A DNA stretch of 64,000 bases from Thermoplasmatota archaeon (GCA_038046725.1 JBBSVQ010000001.1:187780-251779); one strand, 5' to 3'; numbered from the stretch's first letter, positions 19,224 through 29,473 are shown. Numbers and translations: made by a program. The notes: generated by a model from the sequence alone, not told the origin.

Positions 19224-20525
19224 GTGAGCGCAGGTGTCGGCCCGGTCCTGCTCGACCTGGCCATCATTGTCTTGGCGGCCAAGTTCGCCGGCGAGCTCTT
19301 CGAGCGCATGCGCCAGCCGGCCGTCATCGGAGAATTGCTCGTCGGTGGCCTGCTCAGCGCCTCACTGCTCGGGCCCTACTTGGGACTCCCGGACCTCGCA
19401 GGCCATGAAGCGAGCGAGGCCGCGCCCATCATCGAGACGTTGGCAGGCCTCGGCGCAATTCTTCTCCTGTTCGAAGTGGGTTTGGAAAGCAACATCCGCC
19501 AGATGACGAAAGTCGGAGCCAGCAGCATCCTCGTTGCCCTCATCGGCGTCATCGCAAGCTTCGCCGTTGGTTACCTGGGCAGCGCCGCCCTCGCGGAAAT
19601 CTGGAGTTCCTGGCGGGCCGCCGACGCAGCCCTTCCACCCCATCTACTGCACGTCTTCGTGGGTGCCGCCATGACGGCCACCAGCGTCGGCATCACGGCT
19701 CGCGTCCTTGCCGACATGAACCGCCTGCAGACCGCAGAAGCCCGCACCATCCTTGGCGCCGCCGTCCTCGACGACGTCGCCGGCCTCATCATCCTCGCCG
19801 TCGTCGCCGCTCTCATTGAAGGTGCCCTCGGCGGCGCTTCCATCGGCCCTTGGGAAATCGCTCGCATCACTGGTTCCGCGGTCCTGTTCCTGGTCGTTGC
19901 CGTGGTCGTGGGCCTCCGCTTGGTGCCCAAGGCCTTCGACGCACTCGTTGACCGCTTCCGAATTGCCGGCTTCCCGGTAGCGCTCGCTTTTGGCTTCGCG
20001 CTCCTGATGTCCTATGCTGCCAGCCTCGCTGGCCTTGCCGATATTGTTGGCGCCTTTTCCGCGGGCTTGCTGTTGGCGCAGACGCGGCACGCCCACCAGA
20101 TCTTTGAGGCCATCAAACCCATTGGAGCCCTCCTCATTGGCTTCTTCTTCGTCACCATCGGCATGCGCATCGACTTCCACGCCTTCCAAACCGATGCCGC
20201 ACCGATTCTCGGCGCCGGCCTCGCCTTGACTGCCCTCGCGGTCGCGGCCAAGCTCGCGTGCGGTTTGGGTGTCGTCCGCAAGCAGGCGCAACGTCTGCCG
20301 GTTGGCGTCGGCATGGTTCCCCGCGGTGAAGTCGGCCTAATCTTCGCAAGCCTTGGGTTGGCCACCGGCTTGTTGGGGCCCGCGCTCTACGCGACCATCG
20401 TCCTGGTGATGCTGCTGACCACGTTCGTGACGCCCCTCTGGCTTGCGCGCCTGAAGGACCGCTTCACGCCGGACCTGGCGCCGGACGGCGATCATGCGAA
20501 TCTGGCGCGAACCCTGGAAGCCTAA
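19224..20525 (+). CDS. Cation:proton antiporter (CPA/Kef-type Na+/H+ exchanger family)
   Basis: 12-13 TM helices with the CPA signature ...AAVLDDVAGLIILAVV... and ...MVPRGEVGLIFASLG.... Confidence 0.85.
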   Translation: MSAGVGPVLLDLAIIVLAAKFAGELFERMRQPAVIGELLVGGLLSASLLGPYLGLPDLAGHEASEAAPIIETLAGLGAILLLFEVGLESNIRQMTKVGASSILVALIGVIASFAVGYLGSAALAEIWSSWRAADAALPPHLLHVFVGAAMTATSVGITARVLADMNRLQTAEARTILGAAVLDDVAGLIILAVVAALIEGALGGASIGPWEIARITGSAVLFLVVAVVVGLRLVPKAFDALVDRFRIAGFPVALAFGFALLMSYAASLAGLADIVGAFSAGLLLAQTRHAHQIFEAIKPIGALLIGFFFVTIGMRIDFHAFQTDAAPILGAGLALTALAVAAKLACGLGVVRKQAQRLPVGVGMVPRGEVGLIFASLGLATGLLGPALYATIVLVMLLTTFVTPLWLARLKDRFTPDLAPDGDHANLARTLEA

Positions 20526-20583
20526 CCGAGCAGCCGATTTGCGCGGAGCGACCGTGTTGGCCCCGAATCCTGCAGGATGCGGC

Positions 20584-21576
20584 TCAAGCCGGGAGGTCTG
20601 CCTTCCTTCGCCCGAGGTCAGCGGCGCCAATGGCGACGGCGCCAGGTCCCAGCCTCGTGCGTAGGACGCGCACGCGGCGCGCGGGCGCCAGGCTGGCTGC
20701 CCGCACGCTCCGCCGCACGTCGGCCACGAGCTGGGGGAACCCCTGCGCAAGACCCCCGCCGAGGATTAGCGCCTCGGGATTGAATGCGTTGACAATCCCG
20801 ACGCAAGCCACGCCGAGCATCCGCCCGGCCTCGGCAACGATGCCTTGCGACAACAGGTCTCCGGCGGCGCAGGAGCGCGCCAGCACACGAGCATCGATGC
20901 GCGCCGGCGAGCCCGCCAAGGCCAGCAGGGCGCGCCCGGCCCTGGGATGAGCACGCGCGGCGCGCCGGGCCTCCTGGGCAAGCGCCCAACCGCCCGCATA
21001 GGCCTCGAGGCAACCGCGGCCGCCGCAGTTGCACACCCTGCCGCCGGCGACGACTGGGACATGGCCGAGCTCGCCGGCAGAACCGGCGGCGCCTTCCAGC
21101 AGAACGCCTCCGCTGAGGATCCCGGCGCCGATGCCGGTGCCCAGGGCAAGGAAGACGACGTCGCGCAGGCCGCGGGCCTGTCCGTACCGGCTCTCCGCCC
21201 AGGCGGCGGCCCGGGCGTCGTTGGTGAGGGCCACCGGCACCTCCAGGCGCCGGCGCAGGCGCGTGGCGAGTGGCACGTCGTGCCAACCCGCCAGGTTGGG
21301 ACTGGAGCGCACGACCCCACCGGAGACCTGGCCTGCGAACCCGATGCCGACGGACGCGAGCGTGCCGTCCGGCCCCCCTTGGCATGCCGTGACGGCGTCC
21401 AACATCGCGCGCACGACGGCGTCGGGGCCGTCCGCCGCAGGCGTAGCGGCCTGCACGATGCGCAAGGCCTTGCCCTTGGCGTCGACGGCGGCCACCAGCA
21501 ACTTCGTCGCGCCCACGTCGATGCCGATGGCCAGAGGCCGGCCTGTGCGCGATGACCCGGATTGGGCGGCGGCCAT
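20584..21576 (-). CDS. ROK-family sugar kinase (glucokinase-like)
   Basis: IGIDVGATK..., ...LGTGIGAGIL..., and the ROK zinc motif ...GHVPV...CNCGGRGCLEAYAGG.... Start at the internal ATG (MAAAQSG). Confidence 0.8.
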   Translation of the reverse strand: MAAAQSGSSRTGRPLAIGIDVGATKLLVAAVDAKGKALRIVQAATPAADGPDAVVRAMLDAVTACQGGPDGTLASVGIGFAGQVSGGVVRSSPNLAGWHDVPLATRLRRRLEVPVALTNDARAAAWAESRYGQARGLRDVVFLALGTGIGAGILSGGVLLEGAAGSAGELGHVPVVAGGRVCNCGGRGCLEAYAGGWALAQEARRAARAHPRAGRALLALAGSPARIDARVLARSCAAGDLLSQGIVAEAGRMLGVACVGIVNAFNPEALILGGGLAQGFPQLVADVRRSVRAASLAPARRVRVLRTRLGPGAVAIGAADLGRRKADLPA

Positions 21577-21733
21577 GGCTGCCGAACGCCCGGCTTGGCC
21601 AAGAGGATTGCCTGGCCCGAGTCGACCGCATGCGCCCGGCCCGTTTGGCCGAAGCCGAAGCCCCAAGGATTACTTGCCGCAAAGGCTACCTGAAGTCGTG
21701 CCACGAGCCAATTCGCCTCGCCCCGATTCTTCC

Positions 21734-23581
21734 ATGCTTGACTACGGCATCATCGGGGACCTGCACTCCGCCGCCTTGGTCAGCAACCAGGGCTCCGTGG
21801 ATTGGCTGTGCTGGCCCCGGTTCGACAGCCCCAGCATTTTCGCCCGCCTGCTCGACCGGAAGAAAGGCGGCCACCTGAGCATCGCCCCCGTCGGCACGTT
21901 CCAGTCCTCGCAGGAATACGAGCCGCGCACCAACATCCTGCGCACACGTTTCGTTGCCAAGGGAGGCCTCGCGACGTTGGAGGCGTTCATGCCGGTCTCC
22001 GAGATCGACAACCACGAGTACGGTGAACACGAGGTCCAGTTGCTCTTCACGGTCCAGGAGGGGACCGTCACGAGCGCCATCGAGTTCGCCCCACGATTCC
22101 AATACGCCCTCGGCGACACCGCCCTCCAATCCTCGCCGCACGGCGTGCTTGCCATGCAAGGCGACGAGAGGGTCGCGCTCTCGACGCCGGCCTTGCTGAC
22201 CGTGCAAGGCGACCTGGCCACCGGGGAATGGACCGGCGGCAAGGGCGACCGGCTCGGATTGACCCTGCGTCATGACGAGAGAATTGTGCGCCCCTACGAC
22301 GAGGCCGACAGCGCAGCCAAACGCAACCGGACCGTGGCGTACTGGGAAGGTTGGTGCGCGCGCGGCCGCTACGAAGGGCCCTGGCAGGGTGCTGTGCTTC
22401 GCTCCGCCCTCACGTTACGGCTCCTGACGTACGCGCCAACTGGTGCCCTCGTGGCCGCCGCGACGACCAGCTTGCCGGAATCCCCGGGAGGTTCGCGCAA
22501 CTGGGACTACCGGTTCTCATGGGTCCGCGACTCCTCCTTCACGATGTCCGTCCTGCATGGGCTCGGCTACACGCGCGAAGCCCGGCGCTACGTCCGCTGG
22601 CTGCGGCGACTGCTTCGTGGCACCATCAACAACATCGGCCAGCTGCGCGTCTGCTACGGCCTGGAAGGGGAGACCGACCTGCCGGAGGTCGAGCTCGGCC
22701 ACCTCTGCGGCTACCTCGATTCCCGTCCCGTCCGCATCGGCAACGAGGCGGTCAAGCAGTTCCAGTTGGATATCTTCGGCAGCCTCGCTGACGCCATCCA
22801 TCGCGCCTACCAGACGGCGGAAGGCCATCCCGATGAGGCGTGGCGCAGCCTACAGGCCATCGCGGACCACGTCTGCAAGCACTGGAAGGAGCCCGACCAT
22901 GGCATCTGGGAGGTCCGCGCCCCCAAGGTCCGGTACACGCATTCCGCCCTCATGTCCTGGGTGGCCCTCGACCGGGCGACAAAGGTCGCCGTGGCGCGCG
23001 GGCAAGCGGAGCGGGCGGCGAGTTGGCAGGCGGACCTCAAGGGCATCCGCGAGGCCATTCTGCGGGACGGCTGGAGCGAGCCCAAACGATCGTTCGTGCA
23101 AAGTTTCGGTTCCCAGGCGATTGACGCGAGCCTCCTGCTGGTGCCGATTGTCGGGTTCCTGCCCGCCGGCGACCCACGCGTGCTCGACACGATCCAACGC
23201 ATCCGCGAGGAGTTGGGCTCGGGCCCGTTCATCCACCGCTACAAGGCGCCGGACGGCCTGCCCGGCCAAGAAGGAGCGTTCCTCATCTGCAGCTTCTGGA
23301 TGGTCGAGGCGCTGGCGATGGCTGGCGAGACCAAGGAGGCGCGCGACCGGTTCGACGCCTTGTGCCGGCTTGCAGGGCCACTTGGGCTGTTCGGCGAAGA
23401 GGTCGACCCCGCGACAAACGGCCCGCTGGGCAACTTCCCCCAGGCCCTGACCCACCTGAGCCAGATCCAAGCGGCGTTGGCCCTGGAGCGACAGCACGAG
23501 ACGCCAGCGACCAAGCCCCGCAACGCACCGACCGTGACGGCAAGGCGCGCCCCGGCCAACACCATCGGGACCAGCACCTGA
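21734..23581 (+). CDS. Glucoamylase / glucodextranase-like glycoside hydrolase family 15
   Basis: MLDYGIIGDLHSAALVSNQGSVDWLCWPRFDSPSIFARLLD... and ...SLPESPGGSRNWDYRFSWVRDSSFT... are GH15 hallmarks. The 705-nt upstream part of ORF 21029..23581 is Arg-rich antisense of the ROK gene. Confidence 0.8.
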   Translation: MLDYGIIGDLHSAALVSNQGSVDWLCWPRFDSPSIFARLLDRKKGGHLSIAPVGTFQSSQEYEPRTNILRTRFVAKGGLATLEAFMPVSEIDNHEYGEHEVQLLFTVQEGTVTSAIEFAPRFQYALGDTALQSSPHGVLAMQGDERVALSTPALLTVQGDLATGEWTGGKGDRLGLTLRHDERIVRPYDEADSAAKRNRTVAYWEGWCARGRYEGPWQGAVLRSALTLRLLTYAPTGALVAAATTSLPESPGGSRNWDYRFSWVRDSSFTMSVLHGLGYTREARRYVRWLRRLLRGTINNIGQLRVCYGLEGETDLPEVELGHLCGYLDSRPVRIGNEAVKQFQLDIFGSLADAIHRAYQTAEGHPDEAWRSLQAIADHVCKHWKEPDHGIWEVRAPKVRYTHSALMSWVALDRATKVAVARGQAERAASWQADLKGIREAILRDGWSEPKRSFVQSFGSQAIDASLLLVPIVGFLPAGDPRVLDTIQRIREELGSGPFIHRYKAPDGLPGQEGAFLICSFWMVEALAMAGETKEARDRFDALCRLAGPLGLFGEEVDPATNGPLGNFPQALTHLSQIQAALALERQHETPATKPRNAPTVTARRAPANTIGTST

Positions 23582-23638
23582 CGAAATGGCGCGCCCAAAC
23601 GTTGCCTACCAAGGAACGTGCAGCGAGGTTGGGCGAAT

Positions 23639-23744
23639 GGATACAACCCGGCTACAACCGCTACACTGGTCCGCGGCCGATTGGGTCGTGTTGGGGGCAA
23701 GGGTCAGTTAAGCTCGTGGAAAGTATAGGCGTGATGCCGTACAG
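23639..23744. repeat. Copy A of a ~106-bp dispersed repeat (64-nt conserved 5' block, 25-nt variable middle, 17-nt conserved 3' block)
   Basis: GGATACAACCCGGCTACAACCGCTACACTGGTCCGCGGCCGATTGGGTCGTGTTGGGGGCAAGG...GGCGTGATGCCGTACAG is near-identical to 29544..29649. It lies in a convergent intergenic region. Confidence 0.6.
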
Positions 23745-23776
23745 GTTCCGCACATAACGGGTTGGATTCAAGCGTC

Positions 23777-24751
23777 TTATTGGACCACAAAGTCGCCAAT
23801 CATGCCGTGCGTGCGGTGGTTGCCGACGTCACAGTAGAAGATGGTGGTCATTGCGCCGCCCACGGTGAATGTAATGGTGTCCGTCTGGCCTGCGTTAAGC
23901 GGCGCAGTCTTTGCAATGGAGGCTGATTCGCCGACCCAGATGTCGTGGCGGCGGTTCTCCGGGTCGAAGTTGCCGTAGTGCAGGCGAATCTCGTGGTTGG
24001 TTGGCACGATGATATCGGCTGGCGAGTACCCGTAACTTCCAGTCTGGTCGTTGGTCTCCACAAAGAGCTCCCAAATGGGCAGTCCGGCGGAGTTGGTCTG
24101 CCCGGTCTCCTGGCCGGTGTATCCAGATGGGGGCGGGCTCGATGAGGTGGTGGTCGAGGATGAACTGCTGGCTTGGCTTGCGGTGGTCGTCTGGCTTGAC
24201 GAGGCCGTTGTTGTCCCGGTTGCTGTGCTGCTGGATGTTGTCGTCGATGTCGAAGCGACCGTGCCGTTTGAGGGGTCGCTCGTTGGCTGCGTGGTCGTTG
24301 TTGGTCCGAATCCGCTACGGTCGAACTCAACGGGTTCCAACTCGTCCCACACGATGGAGCCGCCATACCAGCCTGTGCCCACGACGAGAGCGGCGGTGAC
24401 CCAGAGCGCGCCCAGCCAAGCCCAAGCGCCCTTCTGCAGGAAGGTGGCACGGAAGATCCAGGCGAGAATGGCAAGCAGGCAGGCGGCCACCGCCGTGGCA
24501 ATCCCTAGGATCTGATGGGTGGAGATCCAATCTTCTTTCTCGGTGCCTTCCCACTCCTCTTGGGCGCTGTCTTTCTCCAGCAGGCCCGTGCCGACGGCGA
24601 CGACTGCCGAAAGGGCCGCCGCGATGAGCAGTGGGGGAACGGCCTGCGTGACCCATGGCCACCACCGCTTCAGGCTCGCCGCCAAGGCCGCCAGCGGAAG
24701 CAGAATCAACGGGGCGTGGACGACCAGCGGATGGAAGACGGGCGGAATCAT
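23777..24751 (-). CDS. Membrane-anchored halocyanin/plastocyanin-like blue copper protein
   Basis: N-terminal TM helices, a long Ser/Thr-rich linker (TTTSSSTATGTTTASSSQTTTASQASSSSSTTTSSS), then a C-terminal cupredoxin domain with ...TIFYCDVGNHRTHGMIGDFVV (Cys/His/Met copper ligands). Confidence 0.7.
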   Translation of the reverse strand: MIPPVFHPLVVHAPLILLPLAALAASLKRWWPWVTQAVPPLLIAAALSAVVAVGTGLLEKDSAQEEWEGTEKEDWISTHQILGIATAVAACLLAILAWIFRATFLQKGAWAWLGALWVTAALVVGTGWYGGSIVWDELEPVEFDRSGFGPTTTTQPTSDPSNGTVASTSTTTSSSTATGTTTASSSQTTTASQASSSSSTTTSSSPPPSGYTGQETGQTNSAGLPIWELFVETNDQTGSYGYSPADIIVPTNHEIRLHYGNFDPENRRHDIWVGESASIAKTAPLNAGQTDTITFTVGGAMTTIFYCDVGNHRTHGMIGDFVVQ

Positions 24752-24895
24752 CGACGGCACGACAGCGACTGGCCGAAGGCACACTTAACGGATTTCAAAG
24801 GGTTCCGCGACTCGTTTCGCCGTAGTCGTGCCCGCATGGCCGTGGCCGGCCTCAATGGTTTTGAGGCCGGCAAGGCGTGCGTTGCTGGGTCCACT

Positions 24896-25396
24896 ATGAC
24901 CAAGCACCTTCTCGCTCCAGTCGCTCTCTTCCTGGCCCTCGCGCTCTCGGGGTGCTCGTCCAATGGCGAGGGGACGCTGCAGGTGCAGGTCACCGACTTG
25001 CCTGGCGACATCGCGGACTTCAGTGCCCTACCCGTGACCGTCTCCTCGATCGAGCTCACCATGAAGGATGGGGGGAAGGAAAGCTACGCTCCATCCGATG
25101 GGACCTTCGACCTGACGACGCTGGTCAACGGCAACACGACCACCCTCTTCAAGGACGACGTCAAGGCAGGCAACTACACTCGCCTCGCCCTCAAGGTTCG
25201 CGACGCTACGGGGACTCTCAAGTCGGGCGGCCAAGTCGCAGTGACCACCCCCGGCGGCACGCTGTTCTTGGAGCAGGCCTTCACGGTCAAGGAAGGCGAG
25301 GAAACCAATTTCCTGTTCGATGTCGTGGTCCACAAGGAGGGCAACGGCCAGTACATCTTCCAGCCCAACGCCAGCGGCAGCCGCGTCACCAATTAG
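24896..25396 (+). CDS. DUF4382-like secreted lipoprotein
   Basis: Lipobox LALALSGC, then ...LQVQVTDLPGDIADFSALPVTVSSIELTMKDG...FDLTTL.... Paralogous to 25551..26504. Confidence 0.55.
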   Translation: MTKHLLAPVALFLALALSGCSSNGEGTLQVQVTDLPGDIADFSALPVTVSSIELTMKDGGKESYAPSDGTFDLTTLVNGNTTTLFKDDVKAGNYTRLALKVRDATGTLKSGGQVAVTTPGGTLFLEQAFTVKEGEETNFLFDVVVHKEGNGQYIFQPNASGSRVTN

Positions 25397-25550
25397 CGGG
25401 GCAAGCCGAGCGGAAATTGGCCAGCGTTTGCAATGGCCTACGCAGTCCATGTCCCCGGGCGCACGGCAAACCATGGCGTCCTGCGTACCCATCCTTCAAT
25501 GGCCGCCAACATCCGTTCATATACTCCGGACGACCGGTAAGGGGTTGGCG

Positions 25551-26504
25551 ATGAACGTGAACCGCACGCCCACTCCGAAGCTTGCTGGCCTGCTGGCCAT
25601 GACCTCCCTTGCCCTCGTGGCCCTTGCCGGCTGCTCGTCCCAATCCTCGGATGAGGGCTCCCTGGCCCTCTACGTCAAGGACGCCCCCTTGGACCAGTAC
25701 GACCAGCTGCGCGTGACCATCACACGCGCCGAGGCCCTGCCGGACCAGGCCAGTGACTGGGTCACGGTCTACGATGGCGAGAAGACCGTCGACCTGCTTG
25801 CATTGCAGAGCCCGACCGCGAAGGAGAAGCTCGCCGAGCTCGGCGTCCCCGCCGGCCCCTACTCGGGCCTGCGCCTGGCCATCAGCGAGGCCGTCGGCAT
25901 CGACGCCAACGGCACCGAATACCAACTCGTCGTCGCCGGCAACGTCCTGACCGTCTTGGAGTCCTTCGAGATCGGCAAGGGCGCCGACCTGAGCCTCCTG
26001 CTCGACATCGACACGAACGCCAGCGCCTCCGAACCGGGCCTCTTCGCCCCGCAAGCCAAGGCCCTGCGCTCCAGCCACGCTGACCAGGACCAAGACGGCG
26101 TCGACGACGTCGAGGACGCCGACTACAACGCGACCGAATCGCCCCGCCAGGAGCGCAGCAACCTGTACGGCCTGTGCACCGCCTGGATGGCCAGCGAGAC
26201 GGCCCGCGAGCACGGCAACGCCACCGACAACAGCACCGCCTTCGCGCGCCTTGGCGAGAACGCCACGGACGCCGGCCAGTCGCTGGAGGATTTCTGCGAC
26301 GCCCAGCCCTTCCCGGGCAAGTCGGACGCCATCCCTGAGGACGCCCAGGAGGCCCGCCAGGCCGCCATGGAGCGCCGCGAACAGGCCGGCAACGGCACCG
26401 CGGGCCGCCCCACGTCGACCCCGAGCCCGAGCGCCCACCCGACGGGCGCCCCCGAAAACCAGACGCAATCGACCAGCCGCAGCGGAACCCACGGCCCCCC
26501 GTAG
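25551..26504 (+). CDS. DUF4382-like secreted lipoprotein with acidic low-complexity C-terminal extension
   Basis: Lipobox LVALAGC, then ...LALYVKDAPLDQYDQLRVTITRAEAL...VDLLALQ..., paralogous to the preceding gene. The C-terminus is rich in N-glycosylation-like N-x-T/S sequons. Confidence 0.55.
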   Translation: MNVNRTPTPKLAGLLAMTSLALVALAGCSSQSSDEGSLALYVKDAPLDQYDQLRVTITRAEALPDQASDWVTVYDGEKTVDLLALQSPTAKEKLAELGVPAGPYSGLRLAISEAVGIDANGTEYQLVVAGNVLTVLESFEIGKGADLSLLLDIDTNASASEPGLFAPQAKALRSSHADQDQDGVDDVEDADYNATESPRQERSNLYGLCTAWMASETAREHGNATDNSTAFARLGENATDAGQSLEDFCDAQPFPGKSDAIPEDAQEARQAAMERREQAGNGTAGRPTSTPSPSAHPTGAPENQTQSTSRSGTHGPP

Positions 26505-26580
26505 GCCCGCAAGCGCGTTCGACCGACGCACCCTTGACCCCCTCTCTCCCTTCCCATTCCAATCCTCAAGGTGAACCCCC

Positions 26581-27558
26581 ATGAAGACGACGGCCTGGTG
26601 CATCCTCCTGCTGCTGGCGCTCGTGCCGCTGGCCGTGGCGCAGGGCCCGCCGTCGAGCCACGGCCCCCCGACGTCCACTCCAAGCGGCAGCCCGCCCTCG
26701 GACGCGGGCAATGTCAGCTCCCAGGACCGCCCCAGCGAAACGCCCAGCGCGACGGGCCAGCCGACCTCGATGCCTTCGACCGGACCCCGCGAACCGGCCG
26801 TCGACATCCAGGACGCGCAAGGCGGATTCGGCGCCCGACCAAGCGACCCCGACAGCAGGCGCCCCTCGTTCAGCTACAACGCCAGCCGCGCCGAAATCGC
26901 CCTCGACCACGCGGACGCCCGCGTCCTCGACACCGTCATCGACGCCATCATCGAGTTCCAGGACGAGGACGGCGACGGCGCCTACGACCTCGGCGAGACC
27001 ATCCACCAACGCCTCGCCCTCAGCGACCTCCCCTCCAGCGTCCACGATGCCGGGGACTCAACCCGTGACGCTGTCTACGAGTTTCCCAATGGAGGCAACC
27101 TGACGCTGCGCTTCCACCTCGCGCCCACGGGTGATGGGGAGGCGACAAAGTTCGACGTCGCCATCCACGACTTCCCCGTCAACTCAACGACCAGCCGAAT
27201 CGCCGTCGGCCTGCGCGTCGAGGCCCTCGAAGGCCTGCGCGTCGCCACCGTGCACGGCGCCCCCGCACTCGTCGGCAACGGCACCGGCCAAGTCCCGTTC
27301 CTGTCCTGGGCCCAAGGTGCCCTGGTCGACGGCCAGCAAATCGCGGTCGCTTCGAGCATCCAGCTCGACGCCGGCGGCCCCGGCGCCGTCATCTACTGGG
27401 CCTACCCGCAGGGCGAGATCCTGCACGACCCTATCCTCGGAATGACAAGCTTCACGCTCCCCAGCCTCGGCGACCCAGTCGTCTTCGCGGTCGCCCTTGG
27501 GGCGGGAGTGGTTTTTCTGGCCGTCGGCTTCGAGGCGCGCCGGAGGTACAAGCCGTGA
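26581..27558 (+). CDS. Secreted Pro/Ser/Thr-rich protein with C-terminal membrane anchor
   Basis: Signal peptide MKTTAWCILLLLALVPLAVAQG and C-terminal TM helix PVVFAVALGAGVVFLAVGF followed by RRRYKP. No recognisable domain. Confidence 0.5.
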   Translation: MKTTAWCILLLLALVPLAVAQGPPSSHGPPTSTPSGSPPSDAGNVSSQDRPSETPSATGQPTSMPSTGPREPAVDIQDAQGGFGARPSDPDSRRPSFSYNASRAEIALDHADARVLDTVIDAIIEFQDEDGDGAYDLGETIHQRLALSDLPSSVHDAGDSTRDAVYEFPNGGNLTLRFHLAPTGDGEATKFDVAIHDFPVNSTTSRIAVGLRVEALEGLRVATVHGAPALVGNGTGQVPFLSWAQGALVDGQQIAVASSIQLDAGGPGAVIYWAYPQGEILHDPILGMTSFTLPSLGDPVVFAVALGAGVVFLAVGFEARRRYKP

Positions 27559-27818
27559 CCCTGCTGCTGAATGCCAGCGTCGCCCTCCTTGCCCTCGTCG
27601 CAACAGCCCTCGCCATCCTCGCGTTCATTGGTTGGACCAGGAACCGCACCGGCCGCCTCGCCATGCTGGCAATTGGCTTCGGCATCGTCGCCGCGGCGGG
27701 CATCATCACGGCCATCGGCATGTTCACCAGCCAAACACCGGTGGCCATGCTGACGTGGCAAAGCCTGCTCCTCGCCGCCGGCTTGTTCGTCGTCTACTTG
27801 GCAGCCGTGAAGCGTTGA
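27555..27818 (+). CDS. Small 3-TM membrane protein (GTG start), partner of the downstream wHTH regulator
   Basis: Three hydrophobic helices, with a 4-nt overlap onto the stop of the upstream gene. Same architecture as 30256..30528. Confidence 0.45.
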   Translation: MTLLLNASVALLALVATALAILAFIGWTRNRTGRLAMLAIGFGIVAAAGIITAIGMFTSQTPVAMLTWQSLLLAAGLFVVYLAAVKR

Positions 27819-27829
27819 CCCAACGAACC

Positions 27830-28420
27830 ATGCTTCTCCACCCGCCCAACCTCTTGCAGGCGGCCGTCCTCCTCGTCGCCGCGAAAGGCGAGGAAGGCGG
27901 CAACAGGCGCCGCGTCTACGCCATCGTGGCCGAATTCCCGGGCTTGCACCAGAACGACATCGCCCGCCGCCTTGGCATCAGCGGCAACGCCGCCGACCAC
28001 CACCTGCGCCAACTCGTCCGCGCCGGGCTCATCTCCCGGCAGGAGGAAGCCTCGTTCGTGCGGTTCTACGTCCGCGTGCAAGGCACCGTGGCGCCCGAGG
28101 GAGCCGTTGGGGAAGCCGACAAGCCCAAACTGGCACTCCTGCGAAAGGCCCGCCCCTTGGAGATTGTCGCCCAGCTTCTGGTCAACGGCCCCAGCACGAT
28201 GGGCGATGTCGCCAAAGCCCTCGGCGTCACGCCTGGAAACGTCACGCACCACGCGGCCAACCTGGAAGCCGCCGGCATCCTGACCCGGACCCAGCAAGGC
28301 CGGGAGCGGATCCTCGACCTCGCAAACCGTGACGACACCATCCGGCTGCTGCTAGCGTACGAACCTCCGGCGGACCTCGTCGCCGGCTTCGATGACCTCT
28401 GGCAGGAGGTCGGATTCTGA
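27830..28420 (+). CDS. ArsR-type transcriptional regulator with two winged-HTH domains
   Basis: Two HTH units (...RRRVYAIVAEFPGLHQNDIARRLGISGNAADHHLRQLVRAGLIS... and ...RPLEIVAQLLVNGPSTMGDVAKALGVTPGNVTHHAANLEAAGIL...). Confidence 0.65.
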   Translation: MLLHPPNLLQAAVLLVAAKGEEGGNRRRVYAIVAEFPGLHQNDIARRLGISGNAADHHLRQLVRAGLISRQEEASFVRFYVRVQGTVAPEGAVGEADKPKLALLRKARPLEIVAQLLVNGPSTMGDVAKALGVTPGNVTHHAANLEAAGILTRTQQGRERILDLANRDDTIRLLLAYEPPADLVAGFDDLWQEVGF

Positions 28421-29466
28421 TGCGCACAATTTCCCTGGTCCTAGTCGCTGCCATTGTCATGGCAGGTTGCCTCGCCGGCACCAAGTCCGACAATGGCGCG
28501 CAGCCGACCGGCACGACAGACACCACCAACGCCTTGACAGCCACCGAAAAACCGGTGGCCCCACAAGAGGACGCCCTTGCCCCGACAACAGGGGCCGGTC
28601 AACCGATCCAAGAAGGAAACTTCGGCGGCAGCCTGGTGCATGACGGCGTCGAACGCACGTACGAGCTCCACGTCCCACCAGGACTCTTGTCCAATCAATC
28701 GATTCCCTTGATGCTCGTCATCCATCCGGCCCTTGCCAATGCCGCCGCGGTGCACGGTGGCTTCGGATTCGACTCCTACGCCGACGAGCACGGATTCATC
28801 ATCGCCTATCCTGACGGCACCCGTGAAGAGGCGGGCAGCGACGAGCGGACCTGGAACGCCATGCACTGCTGCGGCGTCGGCCACTCGACCAACGTCGACG
28901 ACGTGGGCTTCCTCTTGGACCTCATCGCCAAGATGCGCCGCGACTATCCCCTCGACGCCGGCCACATCGGCTTGGTCGGCCACAGCAACGGCGCCATGCT
29001 AGCCCACCGCTTCGCCGCCACCCATAGCGAACTCGTCTCCTCCGTCACCGCCGTTGGTGGCACCATCGGAGGACAAGAGGACCGCTTCTCGCCGCAGCTG
29101 CAAGTCCCGGATCCCTCAAGCCCAGTCTCAGTCCAGATTATTCACGCCTACGACGACCCCATCGTCACCTATTACGGCGGCCCCAACCGCGGCTTCTACG
29201 AGCGCAACCGCCTCGACACACCCGTCCGTGATTCAGTGGACTTCTGGCGGGACTACGACGGCGCAACCGAGAAAACCGGAAGCTGGAGCGACAACGGCGT
29301 CGACTACGAGACCTACCGGGCCCCCGACGGGACCGAGGTCGACCTGGTCTCCACGAACGGGGGACACGGCTGGCCCGGCTCGGGACAGCCAATCCCGAAA
29401 ATCGTCAAGGTGCCGCCATTCCCTCACGCGACTCTGCTGGCCGTGGAATTTTTCCTGGCCCATTGA
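28420..29466 (+). CDS. Secreted alpha/beta-hydrolase esterase (PHB depolymerase/LpqC-like)
   Basis: Lipobox IVMAGC, ...VERTYELHVPPGL...PLMLVIHPALANAAA...GFIIAYPDGT..., and the nucleophile elbow ...LVGHSNGAMLA.... Confidence 0.75.
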   Translation: MRTISLVLVAAIVMAGCLAGTKSDNGAQPTGTTDTTNALTATEKPVAPQEDALAPTTGAGQPIQEGNFGGSLVHDGVERTYELHVPPGLLSNQSIPLMLVIHPALANAAAVHGGFGFDSYADEHGFIIAYPDGTREEAGSDERTWNAMHCCGVGHSTNVDDVGFLLDLIAKMRRDYPLDAGHIGLVGHSNGAMLAHRFAATHSELVSSVTAVGGTIGGQEDRFSPQLQVPDPSSPVSVQIIHAYDDPIVTYYGGPNRGFYERNRLDTPVRDSVDFWRDYDGATEKTGSWSDNGVDYETYRAPDGTEVDLVSTNGGHGWPGSGQPIPKIVKVPPFPHATLLAVEFFLAH

Positions 29467-29473
29467 GCACGCG

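Noticed and set aside
21029-21733. N-terminal 235-codon extension of the glucoamylase ORF
   Set aside because: The extension is Arg/Pro-rich and overlaps the ROK kinase gene antisense. The GH15 homology starts exactly at MLDYGIIGD (21734).
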